Below the pieces are notes generated by a model. The model did not search any database and was not told the DNA's origin. It saw only the letters and a list, made by a program, of their open reading frames with translations. A stretch of 64,000 nucleotides of DNA from Tenuifilaceae bacterium (GTDB taxonomy: Bacteria > Bacteroidota > Bacteroidia > Bacteroidales > Tenuifilaceae): the NCBI GenBank assembly GCA_035388225.1, contig DAOOPM010000013.1, positions 2,236-66,235 of the forward strand, read 5' to 3'. Of this stretch, positions 17,463 to 28,384 are shown piece after piece. The translations under genes were made by a program, and so were the position numbers. Position 1 is the first letter of the stretch. Every line of letters begins with the position of its first letter.

Positions 17463-19187
17463 TTATTCAACCCATCGTTTTACATCTTCCATGCTTGGGT
17501 TTGCTAAACCAAGTTTGTTCTTCTTGTTGAACCCGCAAATATCGTTGAAGAGTTTGCCGGGGGCAACGTTAACCAACGAGGCAACTGTATTGAACCCCAT
17601 TTTCTGTAGCACTGGAACCCAATCGACTGGGATACCCTTGCTGGTGTATGCTTCAACTGTATCCTTCTGCGCTTTCTTCTCGGGGCGCATTTGTGGGAAG
17701 AATAGCACATCCTGTATGGATGGCTGGTTGGTCATAAACATTGTTAGTCGGTCAATCCCAATTCCCATACCCGAGCAGGTTGGCATACCGTACTCCAACG
17801 AGCGCACAAAGTCAAGGTCAATAAACATTGCCTCGTCGTCGCCCTTTTCGCTTAGGCGCAGCTGGTCTTGGAAGCGGTCCATCTGGTCAATTGGGTCGTT
17901 TAGCTCGCTGTATGCGTTGCAGAGCTCCTTTCCGTTAACCATCAGCTCAAAGCGCTCGGTTAGCTCCGGATTGCTACGGTGGCGCTTACATAGCGGCGAC
18001 ATTTCAATTGGGTAATCCATAATGAATGTGGGCTGAATCATATGATGCTCGCACTTTTCGCCAAAAATTGCATCAATTAGCTTGCCTTTACCCATTGTTT
18101 CGTCGGCTTCAACACCTAAATCTTTACAGATTTTGCGAAGTTCGTCCTCGGTTTTGCCTGTGATATCAACTCCTGTGTGCTCTTTAATTGCATCGGTCAT
18201 GGTTAAGCGGCGGAATGGGCGTTTAAAGTCAACCTCCTTATCGCCAATGGTAACCTTGGTTGTGCCATGCAGTGCAAGCGCAACGCGCTCAAGCATCTCC
18301 TCGGTGAACTCCATCATCCAGAAGTAATCCTTGTAGGCTACGTAAATTTCCATTACGGTGAACTCTGGGTTGTGGGTGCGGTCCATTCCCTCGTTACGGA
18401 AATCCTTTGCAAACTCGTAAACGCCATTAAAACCACCTACAATAAGGCGTTTTAGGTATAGCTCATTGGCAATTCGTAGGTACAATGGAATATCTAACGC
18501 GTTATGGTGAGTCATAAACGGACGTGCAGTTGCACCTCCAGGAATTGGCTGTAGTATTGGGGTTTCAACCTCAAGGTAGCCCTTTGAGTTGAAGAAATCG
18601 CGCATTGTATTGATAATCTTTGAGCGCTTAATAAACACCTCGCGAACGTGTGGGTTTACAACCAAATCAACGTAGCGTTGACGGTAGCGTAGCTCGGCAT
18701 CGGTAACCGCATCGAAAACCTGACCATCCTTCTCCTTAACAATAGGAAGTGGTTTGATAGATTTCGAAAGCAAAGTAAGTTCCTGTGCGTGAACCGACTC
18801 TTCGCCCATTTGGGTGCGGAACACAAAACCTTTAACACCTACAATGTCGCCAATGTCCAAAAGGCGTTTAAATACTGTGTTGTAAAGCGTTTTATCCTCG
18901 CCAGGGCATATATCATCGCGTTTGACGTAAACTTGGATTTTACCTTTTTCATCCTGTAATTCAAAGAATGAGGCACTTCCCATAATACGGCGAGCCATAA
19001 TACGGCCGGCCACGCAAACATTGGTTTGCTGGGAACTCATACTCTCAAAGTTTGAGATAATATCCTCGGTGGTGTGCGTTACCGGATACATTGCAGCAGG
19101 GTAGGGGTCAATCCCTAAGTTGCGCAACTCGTCCAACGACTGACGACGGATAATCTCCTGTTCGCTAAGTTCTTCTATTATTGCCAT
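17463..19187 (-). CDS. lysS: Lysine--tRNA ligase (class II) with Bacteroidota-type C-terminal extension
   Basis: Motifs [43 protein letters not shown] and GMGIGIDRL. Confidence 0.98.
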   Translation of the reverse strand: MAIIEELSEQEIIRRQSLDELRNLGIDPYPAAMYPVTHTTEDIISNFESMSSQQTNVCVAGRIMARRIMGSASFFELQDEKGKIQVYVKRDDICPGEDKTLYNTVFKRLLDIGDIVGVKGFVFRTQMGEESVHAQELTLLSKSIKPLPIVKEKDGQVFDAVTDAELRYRQRYVDLVVNPHVREVFIKRSKIINTMRDFFNSKGYLEVETPILQPIPGGATARPFMTHHNALDIPLYLRIANELYLKRLIVGGFNGVYEFAKDFRNEGMDRTHNPEFTVMEIYVAYKDYFWMMEFTEEMLERVALALHGTTKVTIGDKEVDFKRPFRRLTMTDAIKEHTGVDITGKTEDELRKICKDLGVEADETMGKGKLIDAIFGEKCEHHMIQPTFIMDYPIEMSPLCKRHRSNPELTERFELMVNGKELCNAYSELNDPIDQMDRFQDQLRLSEKGDDEAMFIDLDFVRSLEYGMPTCSGMGIGIDRLTMFMTNQPSIQDVLFFPQMRPEKKAQKDTVEAYTSKGIPVDWVPVLQKMGFNTVASLVNVAPGKLFNDICGFNKKNKLGLANPSMEDVKRWVE

Positions 19188-19331
19188 TTGTGTATTTTGT
19201 TTTATAAATCGTGCAAATTTACACGATATTTTCGATTGAACAATTTGATTTAAGACATTAGGTGTCAGAATCGTGATTATTGACTTCTATTATGAAAATT
19301 AGTTTAACAGTTTTGCTTAACTCCCGCCCCG

Positions 19332-19364
19332 ACCCCCTCAAGGGTTTTAAGCCCTTGAGGGGGT
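19332..19364. repeat. GC-rich palindrome ACCCCCTCAAGGG-N7-CCCTTGAGGGGGT (REP-like)
   Basis: Perfect 13-bp arms in the lysS / RND intergenic region, separate from the RND terminator. Confidence 0.65.
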
Positions 19365-19411
19365 TGATTAATGATAGTTCGTTCTTTCAAGGAGTAAGGT
19401 GTAAAACAAGA

Positions 19412-19433
19412 AAAGCCGCACTAAGGCGGCTTT
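19412..19433 (-). terminator. Terminator of the RND operon
   Basis: AAAGCCGC-ACTAAG-GCGGCTTT just past the stop codon. Confidence 0.7.
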
Positions 19434-19453
19434 CCAGAACATATTCAATAACC

Positions 19454-22400
19454 TTAGTATAGTTCCTTAAAGTTTGTTTTTTTAGCAATTCTATTCGATT
19501 TTCGGCGCTGCTTACGAACTGCTCTTGTATGAATCAATAAGTACATCACAGGAATTAATATCAATGTAAGGAATGTTGCAAAGCTTAATCCAAAGATAAT
19601 TGTCCAAGAAAGAGGGCCGAAGAATGCCACGTTATCGCCGCCAAAATGGATATGAGGATTTAACTCTGTGAAAAGGGTTACAAAGTTGATATTCATTCCA
19701 ATTGCAAGCGGAACTAGTCCAAGTATTGTTGCTGTTGCAGTAAGTACAACAGGCGTAATACGAGTTTTACCAGCTTCAACAATTGCATCGCGGGTTTTCA
19801 TTCCTTTTGCAATTAGAACATCGGTGAATTCCACCAACAGAATTCCGTTACGAACAACAATACCTGCTAGAGCAACAATACCCATACCTGTCATAATAAT
19901 CGATATTGTCATATCAAATAACATATAGCCCAGTAGTACCCCAATTATACTGAATATAACCTCCGAAATTATAATAATTGGCTTTGACATTGAGTTGAAC
20001 TGGGTTACCAGTATGAACATAATTAGGAATAGTGCAAGTAGCATCGCATTCATTAAGAATAGCATCGACTCCTGTTGGTCTTCCTGCTCACCGGTAATTT
20101 TTATGTCGATGCTGGTTGATTTCTCAAAATTCGGAATTGCCTTATGAATTTGTGGAATAATTTCGTTTGCGGTGTAGCCATCCAATACGTTAGACGATAA
20201 GGTGATAACCCTTTTTAGGTTAAGCCTGTTGATTTGGCCATAGCTATTCACGTAATCAACCTTAGCAACCGACGAAAGAGGGATTTGACGAAGTATACCA
20301 CTATTCATATCTCTGTAGGTGATCGGTAAATTCAGTAGTTGCTCAATATCGTTGCGTTGACTTTCGTCAAAACGAAGCATAATTGGGTATTGCTCTTCAC
20401 CTTCACGGTATTTGGATATTTCGCTACCGAATAGGGCTGTACGAATTGCACCGCCTACCATTCCTGCAGAAATTCCTTCAATGTTTGCTCTTTCCCTATC
20501 AAGGTTGATGATTATTTCTGGTTTAGTAGTTGCGAAGTCCGACTTAAGCTCCTCAATTCCATCAATGCTTAAAGAGTCGATGTGACGCTTAAATCTATTC
20601 GTTGTACTAATCAATTCCTCCAAATTTTCGCCAGAAATTTCAATATTGATAGGTTTTCCGGTAGGTGGTCCCATCTGGTTCTTATCAACTACAATTTCAG
20701 CACCGGGAATATCCTTTACTGCCTTACGCATTTCGTTCAGGTATGCGCTGGTGTTTTGCCCATCGCGTTTTGCGTGCTCAACAAAGTTTACTGCAATTTT
20801 TGCAAGGTGCGATGATTTTGTAAAGTTATCGAACTCATCCTCCGATGCAGAGAATGCAACGTTTGTAACAACTGACTCAACAATAGGGTTGTTTTCTCCT
20901 AAAACCGCAATAACTCTTTTTTCAACAATTTTTGCAACAGAATCGGTTGTGTTGATATCAGTACCTACTGGCATTTTAATGAATGTATTGACAGTGTTCG
21001 GCTCGTTATCGGGGAAGAACACAACAGGAGTATGCACTATATTGTTCAATATCATTGTTACAACAAATAGTACAATCATCCCCCACATAAGTTTTACAGG
21101 ACGCTTTCCTTCAAGAACCCATTTTAACAAGTTCTCATATTTGCGCATCATGGCTGGAATAAATCTGTGCTGAAAATTTCTAAGCATTTTATAGCCATAG
21201 ATATTGTGTAGCCCAATGATAATGCCCAGTAGAACTACAAAGTTTGCAATGCCAAAGAACCCTGCTATATAAAGTAGTGCAGCACCAATACCCATGAATA
21301 TTAGTATTCTGTATAGAGTTTTTCTGGGGATTGGATGCTCACCTTCATCGTGCTTCATAAAGTCGACAGCGAATACTGGGTTAAAGAAGTATGCCACAAT
21401 TAATGAGGCGAAAAGCGTTAGCATTAAGGTTATGGGGATATAACTCATAAACTCACCAACAACGCCAGGCCAGAATGCTAGAGGGAAGAATGGTGCAAGA
21501 GTTGTAAGCGTTCCGGAAAGGATTGGGACAAATACTTCGCCTGCGGCAAACTTGGCCGATGTTTTAATATCCATGTTGGTTTTCTTGAAAATACGATGTG
21601 TGTTTTCAATAACCACAATGGCATCATCAACAACTATACCTAATGCGAATATGAACGAGAACATCACAAGCATATTCATTGTAAAGTCCATGTGTGGCAG
21701 GACAATGTATGCCAGTGCCATGGATAGCGGTACCGATAGCGCTACGAATAGAGCATTTACAAGACCCATGAAGAACATCAACACTATAGTTACAAGTATA
21801 AAACCAATGATAATTGTATTGTTAAGTTCATTTAGGGTGTTGCGAGTGTAGTGCGATTGGTCACCAGTAATCTCCACTTTTAGATTTGATGGGAAATTGT
21901 TTTTCGACATATCGTCGATAATTTCCTTTATTTGATCCGAAGCGTCGAGTAGGTTCTGTCCGCTTTTCTTAACAACGTTTAGGTTAACAACGTTTTTGCC
22001 ATCAAAACGAGCAAAGCTCTCCACTTTTTTAAAACCATCCTTAACGGTTGCAATATCCTTTAGTTTAACTTGAGCTCCGCTAGATGTATTTACAACAATA
22101 TTCATTACATCGTCAATGCTCTTAAACTCCCCAACAACACGAATTGAGCGGCTCATTCCTTGTAGGTCGATATTGCCACCTGAAACAGTTGTATTGTCGT
22201 AGTTTACAGCTTGTTCAACATCTCTGAATGTTAAACTTGCTGCTCGCATCTTATACATGTCAACATCTATCTGTATTTCTCTGTCGAGTGCTCCAACAAT
22301 GTCAACTCTTGTAATTTCCTTAAGGCCTTCAATCCTATCCTTCATATCATCGGCGTAAATCTTTAACTTATCCAATGGTATATCGCCCGATAGGTTTATG

Positions 22401-22846
22401 GTCATAATTGGAATCTCACTTAGCTCAACTTCGGCTACAACAGGTTCAACAAAAAGTTCATCGGTAGGTAAATCCTTTTTAGTTTTATCTACCGCATCGT
22501 TAACTTTCTGTTTGGCATCCTTTAGTTCAACATCAGTGTTGAATTCAACTATGATTGCAGAGAAATCTTGTACTGAACGAGAGGTAATTTTCTTAACTCC
22601 ACTTATGGATTTCAAGTTTTTCTCTAAAGGTCGGGTAACCAAATTCTCCATATCAACAGGAGAGGTACCTGGGTAGATTGAGTTCACAATAATCATTGGA
22701 ATCTCAACCTCGGGCATCTGTTCTTTGGGTATTGTTAAGTAGTTAATAATACCAAATACTGAGATTATGAAAACCAGCACATAAACACTTATTTTGTTGT
22801 CTATGGCCCAACTGGTAACGAAAAATTCTTTAAATTTCTTTTCCAT
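19454..22846 (-). CDS. RND efflux permease (AcrB/AcrD/AcrF family)
   Basis: About 1130 aa with two TM blocks. Motifs ALGIVVDDAIVVIEN, GIVVRNGILLVEF and RITPVVLTA. Confidence 0.96.
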   Translation of the reverse strand: MEKKFKEFFVTSWAIDNKISVYVLVFIISVFGIINYLTIPKEQMPEVEIPMIIVNSIYPGTSPVDMENLVTRPLEKNLKSISGVKKITSRSVQDFSAIIVEFNTDVELKDAKQKVNDAVDKTKKDLPTDELFVEPVVAEVELSEIPIMTINLSGDIPLDKLKIYADDMKDRIEGLKEITRVDIVGALDREIQIDVDMYKMRAASLTFRDVEQAVNYDNTTVSGGNIDLQGMSRSIRVVGEFKSIDDVMNIVVNTSSGAQVKLKDIATVKDGFKKVESFARFDGKNVVNLNVVKKSGQNLLDASDQIKEIIDDMSKNNFPSNLKVEITGDQSHYTRNTLNELNNTIIIGFILVTIVLMFFMGLVNALFVALSVPLSMALAYIVLPHMDFTMNMLVMFSFIFALGIVVDDAIVVIENTHRIFKKTNMDIKTSAKFAAGEVFVPILSGTLTTLAPFFPLAFWPGVVGEFMSYIPITLMLTLFASLIVAYFFNPVFAVDFMKHDEGEHPIPRKTLYRILIFMGIGAALLYIAGFFGIANFVVLLGIIIGLHNIYGYKMLRNFQHRFIPAMMRKYENLLKWVLEGKRPVKLMWGMIVLFVVTMILNNIVHTPVVFFPDNEPNTVNTFIKMPVGTDINTTDSVAKIVEKRVIAVLGENNPIVESVVTNVAFSASEDEFDNFTKSSHLAKIAVNFVEHAKRDGQNTSAYLNEMRKAVKDIPGAEIVVDKNQMGPPTGKPINIEISGENLEELISTTNRFKRHIDSLSIDGIEELKSDFATTKPEIIINLDRERANIEGISAGMVGGAIRTALFGSEISKYREGEEQYPIMLRFDESQRNDIEQLLNLPITYRDMNSGILRQIPLSSVAKVDYVNSYGQINRLNLKRVITLSSNVLDGYTANEIIPQIHKAIPNFEKSTSIDIKITGEQEDQQESMLFLMNAMLLALFLIMFILVTQFNSMSKPIIIISEVIFSIIGVLLGYMLFDMTISIIMTGMGIVALAGIVVRNGILLVEFTDVLIAKGMKTRDAIVEAGKTRITPVVLTATATILGLVPLAIGMNINFVTLFTELNPHIHFGGDNVAFFGPLSWTIIFGLSFATFLTLILIPVMYLLIHTRAVRKQRRKSNRIAKKTNFKELY

Positions 22847-22881
22847 GGGTATGTTTTTTATCCCATTAATCAATTATCTAA

Positions 22882-24006
22882 TTAAAATCTAACAGATTCA
22901 CCGTCAATTAACTCTTGGAAACCTGAGGTGATAACTTTATCGCCAATGCTTAATCCATTAACCACTTCGGCAATTCCATTGTAGCTGTATCCAATCTTTA
23001 TTGTCTGTTTTGATGCAATCCAGCTATTATCTTTTTGCTTTAGAACAAAAACGTAGTGTCCGTTATTGTCCTGTTGAATAGTATTCATGGAGAGAGCAAT
23101 GGCATTCTTGTTTTGGTAGTCGTTAATTTGTATTATCGATACCATATTGGCTTTTAAATCTTCATTGTTGCTGCTAACGCGGGTTTCAATTAAGAATGTA
23201 CGGTTAACAGGGTTGATGTAGTTACTCACAAAATCAACAGTAGAAGAAATTTCCTTCTTAATATCTGGGAACAGAACAATAAGTTTATCTCCCTTTTTAA
23301 CTCTGGATGAGTAAGTTTCAGAAACCTCAGCTTTAACTCGTAGGTTGTTAAAAGCAACTACGCGGTATGCAACCAATCTTGGATCGGGCGAAACAATGCC
23401 ACCAATTTTGATGTTGCACTCCTCGATTGTTCCAGCGATTGGGGATTTGATCTTAAATTTATCAATTTGTTGCTTTGTTGATATGATTTGTTGTTCAAGA
23501 GCTTCCTTGTTAGTTTTTGCTTGCAAGTACTGTATTTCGCTTCCAATCTTTTGATCCCAGAGTTTTTTCTGTTTATTGTAAACGTCCTCTGCCAATTTGT
23601 ATTGAGATTCAAGTGCTTGAAGTTGGCTGTTGTATTCCTTGTCGTCAATTTGGGCTAAAACCTGACCTTTGGTTACGCGCTGGCCAACATCGGCGTATTT
23701 TGCAGCAATTGTACCAGGTGCTTCTGCTGTAACTGCAACGTTTTGGTCGCCGTCCAACGATCCTTGAACTCGTACAAAGTGATTGAACTCGGTTGGCTTA
23801 ACTTCTGTAACTCCCACAAACTTTGTTTTGCTTTGGTTGTTTGTAGAGTCGCTTTCTGCCTTTATTTCTGCTTCTAGGTTTTTGATTTTCTCAGCAATTT
23901 GATCGTGTTGGTCTTTCAGTTTTGCTAGTTCAGCTTTCTTATCCGAACCACATGAAAGAATTCCGAAAACTAATGCTGCTGTTGTTACTATTTGAATTGC
24001 TCTCAT
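22882..24006 (-). CDS. RND periplasmic adaptor (membrane fusion) lipoprotein
   Basis: Lipobox ILSC, lipoyl-like halves (GQRVTKGQVLAQID; IKSPIAG), coiled coil and GLSIGDKVI. Confidence 0.94.
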   Translation of the reverse strand: MRAIQIVTTAALVFGILSCGSDKKAELAKLKDQHDQIAEKIKNLEAEIKAESDSTNNQSKTKFVGVTEVKPTEFNHFVRVQGSLDGDQNVAVTAEAPGTIAAKYADVGQRVTKGQVLAQIDDKEYNSQLQALESQYKLAEDVYNKQKKLWDQKIGSEIQYLQAKTNKEALEQQIISTKQQIDKFKIKSPIAGTIEECNIKIGGIVSPDPRLVAYRVVAFNNLRVKAEVSETYSSRVKKGDKLIVLFPDIKKEISSTVDFVSNYINPVNRTFLIETRVSSNNEDLKANMVSIIQINDYQNKNAIALSMNTIQQDNNGHYVFVLKQKDNSWIASKQTIKIGYSYNGIAEVVNGLSIGDKVITSGFQELIDGESVRF

Positions 24007-24034
24007 ATTATTTAGTGTTTTATTGTCTTAATTG

Positions 24035-25444
24035 TTATTGATTTCCGTATTTCTTTAAAATTCTATCGAGTTTTGCTTTGCTTTGTAAAAGTTGAAGCAT
24101 TGAGTTGAAATAGTTTGATTGGGCTGTTAGGTATTGTCCTTGATTTTGAGTTAACTCAAAGCTCGATGCAACCCCTTCGGTGTATTTGATAATGGTTTTA
24201 TCGTATATTTTTTTACTTAACTCCATGCTTTCCTTATTCATGTTATAACTGCTAAAGGCTGTTAAGTAATCGCTTTTAGCTTGGTCGTACTCCATTACTA
24301 ACGACTGCTCAACATTTGTTTTGTTCAGTTGTGATTGCTTTAACGAAAGTTTTGCTTGACTTACTTTTGCCATCTTCATTCCGCTTGAGAATATTGGTAG
24401 GCTAAGAGAAATGCCAGCTATATCCTTCATTGCAAAACTGAACGAAGGTTCATTTAGTTGCTCTTGGTGTTTGTAGAAGCCAGATATGGTTGGTAAAAAT
24501 GTCGATTTTTCTCTCTTTAGACTTAATTCGGAGAGTTTGACTTGCGTGTTTATCAGTTGCATATCAACAGTGTTTTCTACGTTGAATTCCTGCGTGCCAA
24601 TAAATCCCAAATTGCACTTTTCAATAACATCCGATAGTTTCTCAGTTAGTACCAACTGTTGGCTATAGTCTAAACCAAGTTGAAGTTTTAAGAGTTTTGT
24701 AAGAATCTCTTTCTGAGCATTTAACGAGTTGATAAGTATTTCGATATTGGTTTTGTTAATTTTGATCTGATCAACATCCGTCTCTTCGTTAAAACCTACT
24801 TCGTTCATTTTTGCAAGGTCGTTATAGGTTTTGTCCATTACTTCTAGACTTTGGCTTAAAACGGAGATGTTTTCATCAACAACTTTAATCATGTAATAAG
24901 AGTTGGCTACATTCTCCATTGTTTGGTTTTCAACTTTGGCTAAGCTTTTCTCCGACAGTTCTTTGAATACTTTTGATGCTTGAAGTCCAACAATGTATTC
25001 ACCGCTAAATATTAGTTGGGAAACAGTTAAATCAAAAGTGGTGTTGTCCTGAACAGCCATTGAGAGTTTTTCTCCCTCCATATAGTATTGCCATACTCCA
25101 GAACCTGGAGAAGTTTCTCGTTGTTGCAGTCCATCTATAAGTGGCAGTGGAGTTGCCGATAATCCTACCATGGGAAGGCTGAATTCGGGAACCTTAAAGA
25201 TGTGCTGATAGTTGGCCGATAAACTTGCCTGAGGTAAACCAATTGCTGTGGTTTCCCAAACCTTCTTTTTGGCAGATTCAACATCAATTTTAGCCGATTG
25301 AACAGACCTGTTGTATTGAATTGCATAGTTCTGCGCATCGGTTAGGGATAACTTTAATGTGTCACTTTTAGTTTCCTGACTATAAGTGCAAAAAGAGATA
25401 AAAACCCCAATTAAAACTAATAATCCGTTATAAATCCATTTCAT
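24035..25444 (-). CDS. TolC-family outer membrane efflux protein
   Basis: Signal peptide, LSLTDAQNYAIQYN start and two OEP-type repeats; in an operon with RND/MFP. Confidence 0.92.
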   Translation of the reverse strand: MKWIYNGLLVLIGVFISFCTYSQETKSDTLKLSLTDAQNYAIQYNRSVQSAKIDVESAKKKVWETTAIGLPQASLSANYQHIFKVPEFSLPMVGLSATPLPLIDGLQQRETSPGSGVWQYYMEGEKLSMAVQDNTTFDLTVSQLIFSGEYIVGLQASKVFKELSEKSLAKVENQTMENVANSYYMIKVVDENISVLSQSLEVMDKTYNDLAKMNEVGFNEETDVDQIKINKTNIEILINSLNAQKEILTKLLKLQLGLDYSQQLVLTEKLSDVIEKCNLGFIGTQEFNVENTVDMQLINTQVKLSELSLKREKSTFLPTISGFYKHQEQLNEPSFSFAMKDIAGISLSLPIFSSGMKMAKVSQAKLSLKQSQLNKTNVEQSLVMEYDQAKSDYLTAFSSYNMNKESMELSKKIYDKTIIKYTEGVASSFELTQNQGQYLTAQSNYFNSMLQLLQSKAKLDRILKKYGNQ

Positions 25445-25469
25445 ATAATTTAAGTATTAAATATTTACA

Positions 25470-26102
25470 CTATAAGTTATTTATATCCTCTATGTCGAAG
25501 TTCTGTAATTTATTCTCAAGGAAATCGATTCCTTTCTCGTTTGCGATTCCTCGGATATGGTAAACAAAAATCTCTTGGAAGAATTTAGTGGACGTGAATT
25601 CCTCAACGCTGAAAAAATCGCTATCGATAATGTTCTCAATCCTTGATATTTGTAGTTTAGCAATTATGTTTTCGTCCAAGTCGTTTCGGTATAATCCTTC
25701 TTCTTTACCCTTTCTAATATTGTCAATTATGTTACTATGCATCTTTTCCCTACGAGCATTCAAGAATTTGGAGTAATGCTCGGGGTAATACTTCTTTAAG
25801 TCGTATATGGTGCCAGGGTTCATGTTCTTCATCTTATAGTTAATCATCTTGCTAACTATAAGTAGTTCCTCAATGGCATTAAGACCTGTGTCGCATTTAC
25901 AGTCCATTTCGGAGCGTAATACTTCAATTTGGATATCAATTACCTTTCCTACCAAATCGCCCTTATCGCTTACATACTTGTAAAGGGTTTTTTTTGATAT
26001 GCTTAGGTGCGATGCAACATCATCCATGGTTATGCTTTTTATACCATACTTGATGTACAGTTCGCTAACTTTTTCTAGTATTTTTTTTAGTTCTTCGTTC
26101 AT
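25470..26102 (-). CDS. TetR/AcrR-family regulator
   Basis: YGIKSITMDDVASHLSISKKTLYKY HTH; first gene of the efflux operon. Confidence 0.95.
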   Translation of the reverse strand: MNEELKKILEKVSELYIKYGIKSITMDDVASHLSISKKTLYKYVSDKGDLVGKVIDIQIEVLRSEMDCKCDTGLNAIEELLIVSKMINYKMKNMNPGTIYDLKKYYPEHYSKFLNARREKMHSNIIDNIRKGKEEGLYRNDLDENIIAKLQISRIENIIDSDFFSVEEFTSTKFFQEIFVYHIRGIANEKGIDFLENKLQNFDIEDINNL

Positions 26103-26319
26103 AATTACACGTTGGAAACAATGGGTACAAAAATAACAAAAAACGTTTCCGAAGGTTTATTTTGTTTTGTTAACTTTTACAGTTTAATTCATAAATTCTG
26201 TTAAATCAGCGTGTTGTGCCGATTGTAAAAGTAGATGGTGTTTTCTTTCCTAGAAAAGAAATCCCGATGAGTGGTAATTTTTTGAGTGTGAAGTTGGTTT
26301 TTTGGGGGTTGAACCAATT

Positions 26320-28224
26320 TTAGTTTTTTACGAGGGTTTTTATTTCAAAATCAACATTAATCAATTTGTAGTTTAATTCTTTGATTTCGTCAAGCAGTTC
26401 CTGCTCTCTGCGTTCCATATCCTCTCTCGTGGCCTTAAGTTCCTCCATGTTTTGCTTTAGTTCTTCCTCGCTCGACATCAACTCTTCGGTTTGGAATTTC
26501 ATCTGCGTAATAATTTTTTCGTTTTCCTTAATCATGTTGAAGAACTTTATGGATGATGCTAGGTTTACGCATCCTTTCCTCAGAAACTCAACCTGTACCT
26601 CATCAATTATTCTATGGCTAGCAATCTCCATAACGCCTAGTATTTCATCCATATCGGTTATAAGTGGGATAAGAACCACGCACGTTGGGTTTCCAACACC
26701 AAGTCCAGTTGTAAGGTGTGTATAATCTTTCGGAATATTGGTAAGGAATACAATATCCTTTTCGTAGAGGCACGAGCCAATTATGCCTTCGTACTTTTCG
26801 TAACGTTTGGTAATGTACTTCCGTCGGTCGTAGGCGTACGATGCAACTAAATCTAGGTATTCCTTGTTGTCCTCTTCATCTTTATTTACGAGAAAAATTC
26901 CACCCTGCAATGCATCCGTACTTTTAATGGAAAACCGAATAAACTCAAAGCATAGTGTTGCAGTATCGCTATGGTTTGCCCTGAGCAAATCCGATGCTTT
27001 GGCTAAGCTCTCGTTGAGCCAACTACGGCGTTGATTTTCCTTGATATTTTTTTCTTGTTCAATGGCCACCTCCATAAGTTTTTTTCTCATTTCGAGTAAG
27101 CCTGAGCCCAACTCACCTGTATTCCCAAATACATTTACTTCGGAGTAAAAGTTTCCATTTCCTACTTCGTTTGCAAAGTCGCGGGTGTTGCGAAGGGCAA
27201 TGGTTAAGTCGTTTATGGAGTTTTCCATTGAAGAGAACTCATCGTTTCCTTTGATTTTGATGGGTTGAGGTAGCTCTCCTTTGCCTAGTTTTTTTACGGT
27301 ACTTTGTATGGATTTAATTGTCTTGGTGATATGTCCGCTGATTTTTGCAAAGATTAATAGTACAAGGCACGAAATAGTTATAATCAGCATAAGCATCGAT
27401 ATATATGCCTTGTAACTGGTTTTCCGGATTTTGCTTGTTAATAGGTTACTTATCTCGCTTAGGCTATGACTGTAGTTTTTTGACTGATTATTTAAATTAG
27501 CTAAAGCACCTTCGTTATCGTTGCGACCTATTCGGGCATCAATGGCTGCATAGGCTTGGAATAATCGGCTGTAATCAATAAGTTGCTGCGCAACTTCGCT
27601 TTTAACACCGCCATAATGGTTCGATGCGTAAAGTAAGGTAGTTTGAACTGTTTCAGAGAATTTTCGGAGGTACGATGTGTCTCTTCTTATTATGTAATCC
27701 TTTTCGTGTCGGCGGAGCATTAGCATTTGGCTCATTAACCTATAGTCCACTTTTAGGTTAATTGTTTTTTCAACCTGATGAATTTTCCCTCTAAGCTCAC
27801 CTTCCAGTCCAAAGTCTTTAAATCCTCGGGCAATAACCAATTCTTTAAAGTTCAAGAAGCTTTTATGGTAGTCAACTACTTGTTTTTTTAAGTCGATAAT
27901 TTGCTGGTTATCGAAACTTTTATCTAGCAAAGATAATTCATCCTGTGTTTTACTCATCAAACTGTCAAATTTGCTGGAGTTTGTACTATTGCCTGTTTTG
28001 TAGAGTTGATTATTGAAGGCATCTCTAAATAGGAATTCATCTTTTGCAATCTGCATCATTAAGTTATACTGGCTTAATCGCTCCAGCGAAAGGAGTAATT
28101 CCTTATCATGCTCTGACGTTTTCTGCTGTATGAAAAATATTGAAGTGAATGCAACTATTGATATTAGAATTATTGCTGCTGAGAAGTATAGCAGTTTTTT
28201 GATGGTGTAGCGCCTGAGATTCAT
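26320..28224 (-). CDS. Membrane sensor: periplasmic helical (HBM-like) domain + HAMP + GAF + C-terminal coiled coil, no enzymatic output domain
   Basis: Two TM segments, MLMLRRHEKDY motif, HAMP (GELP...DEFSSMENSIN), GAF (LQGGIF...EGIIG...VLIPL...LGVMEIA) and an EEELKQNMEEL heptad tail. Confidence 0.75.
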   Translation of the reverse strand: MNLRRYTIKKLLYFSAAIILISIVAFTSIFFIQQKTSEHDKELLLSLERLSQYNLMMQIAKDEFLFRDAFNNQLYKTGNSTNSSKFDSLMSKTQDELSLLDKSFDNQQIIDLKKQVVDYHKSFLNFKELVIARGFKDFGLEGELRGKIHQVEKTINLKVDYRLMSQMLMLRRHEKDYIIRRDTSYLRKFSETVQTTLLYASNHYGGVKSEVAQQLIDYSRLFQAYAAIDARIGRNDNEGALANLNNQSKNYSHSLSEISNLLTSKIRKTSYKAYISMLMLIITISCLVLLIFAKISGHITKTIKSIQSTVKKLGKGELPQPIKIKGNDEFSSMENSINDLTIALRNTRDFANEVGNGNFYSEVNVFGNTGELGSGLLEMRKKLMEVAIEQEKNIKENQRRSWLNESLAKASDLLRANHSDTATLCFEFIRFSIKSTDALQGGIFLVNKDEEDNKEYLDLVASYAYDRRKYITKRYEKYEGIIGSCLYEKDIVFLTNIPKDYTHLTTGLGVGNPTCVVLIPLITDMDEILGVMEIASHRIIDEVQVEFLRKGCVNLASSIKFFNMIKENEKIITQMKFQTEELMSSEEELKQNMEELKATREDMERREQELLDEIKELNYKLINVDFEIKTLVKN

Positions 28225-28384
28225 AGGTTGAAAATTTTATGCTGCAAAGTTTTCAATTCCCAGAATCTTTTAAGTTGCCCTAAGGTTAAGGTTTGGTTAA
28301 TTTAAATTTTGAATCAATTTGGTAGGGTATTTGTTTGTGTAGATGTATTACTAGTAAATAGTTTAAACCTCAAATTTGAATATT

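Noticed and set aside
17491-18455. Antisense ORFs (174 aa and others) within lysS
   Set aside because: Shadow frames of a highly conserved gene. The same applies to the many 60-220-aa opposite-strand ORFs inside the RND, metH, serS and kinase genes.
17463-18900. lysS C-terminal extension as a novel fusion
   Set aside because: A similar short C-terminal domain is common in Bacteroidota LysS.
26110-26150. TetR operator GGAAAC...GTTTCC
   Set aside because: Only 6-bp arms with a long spacer in AT-rich DNA; not distinguishable from chance.
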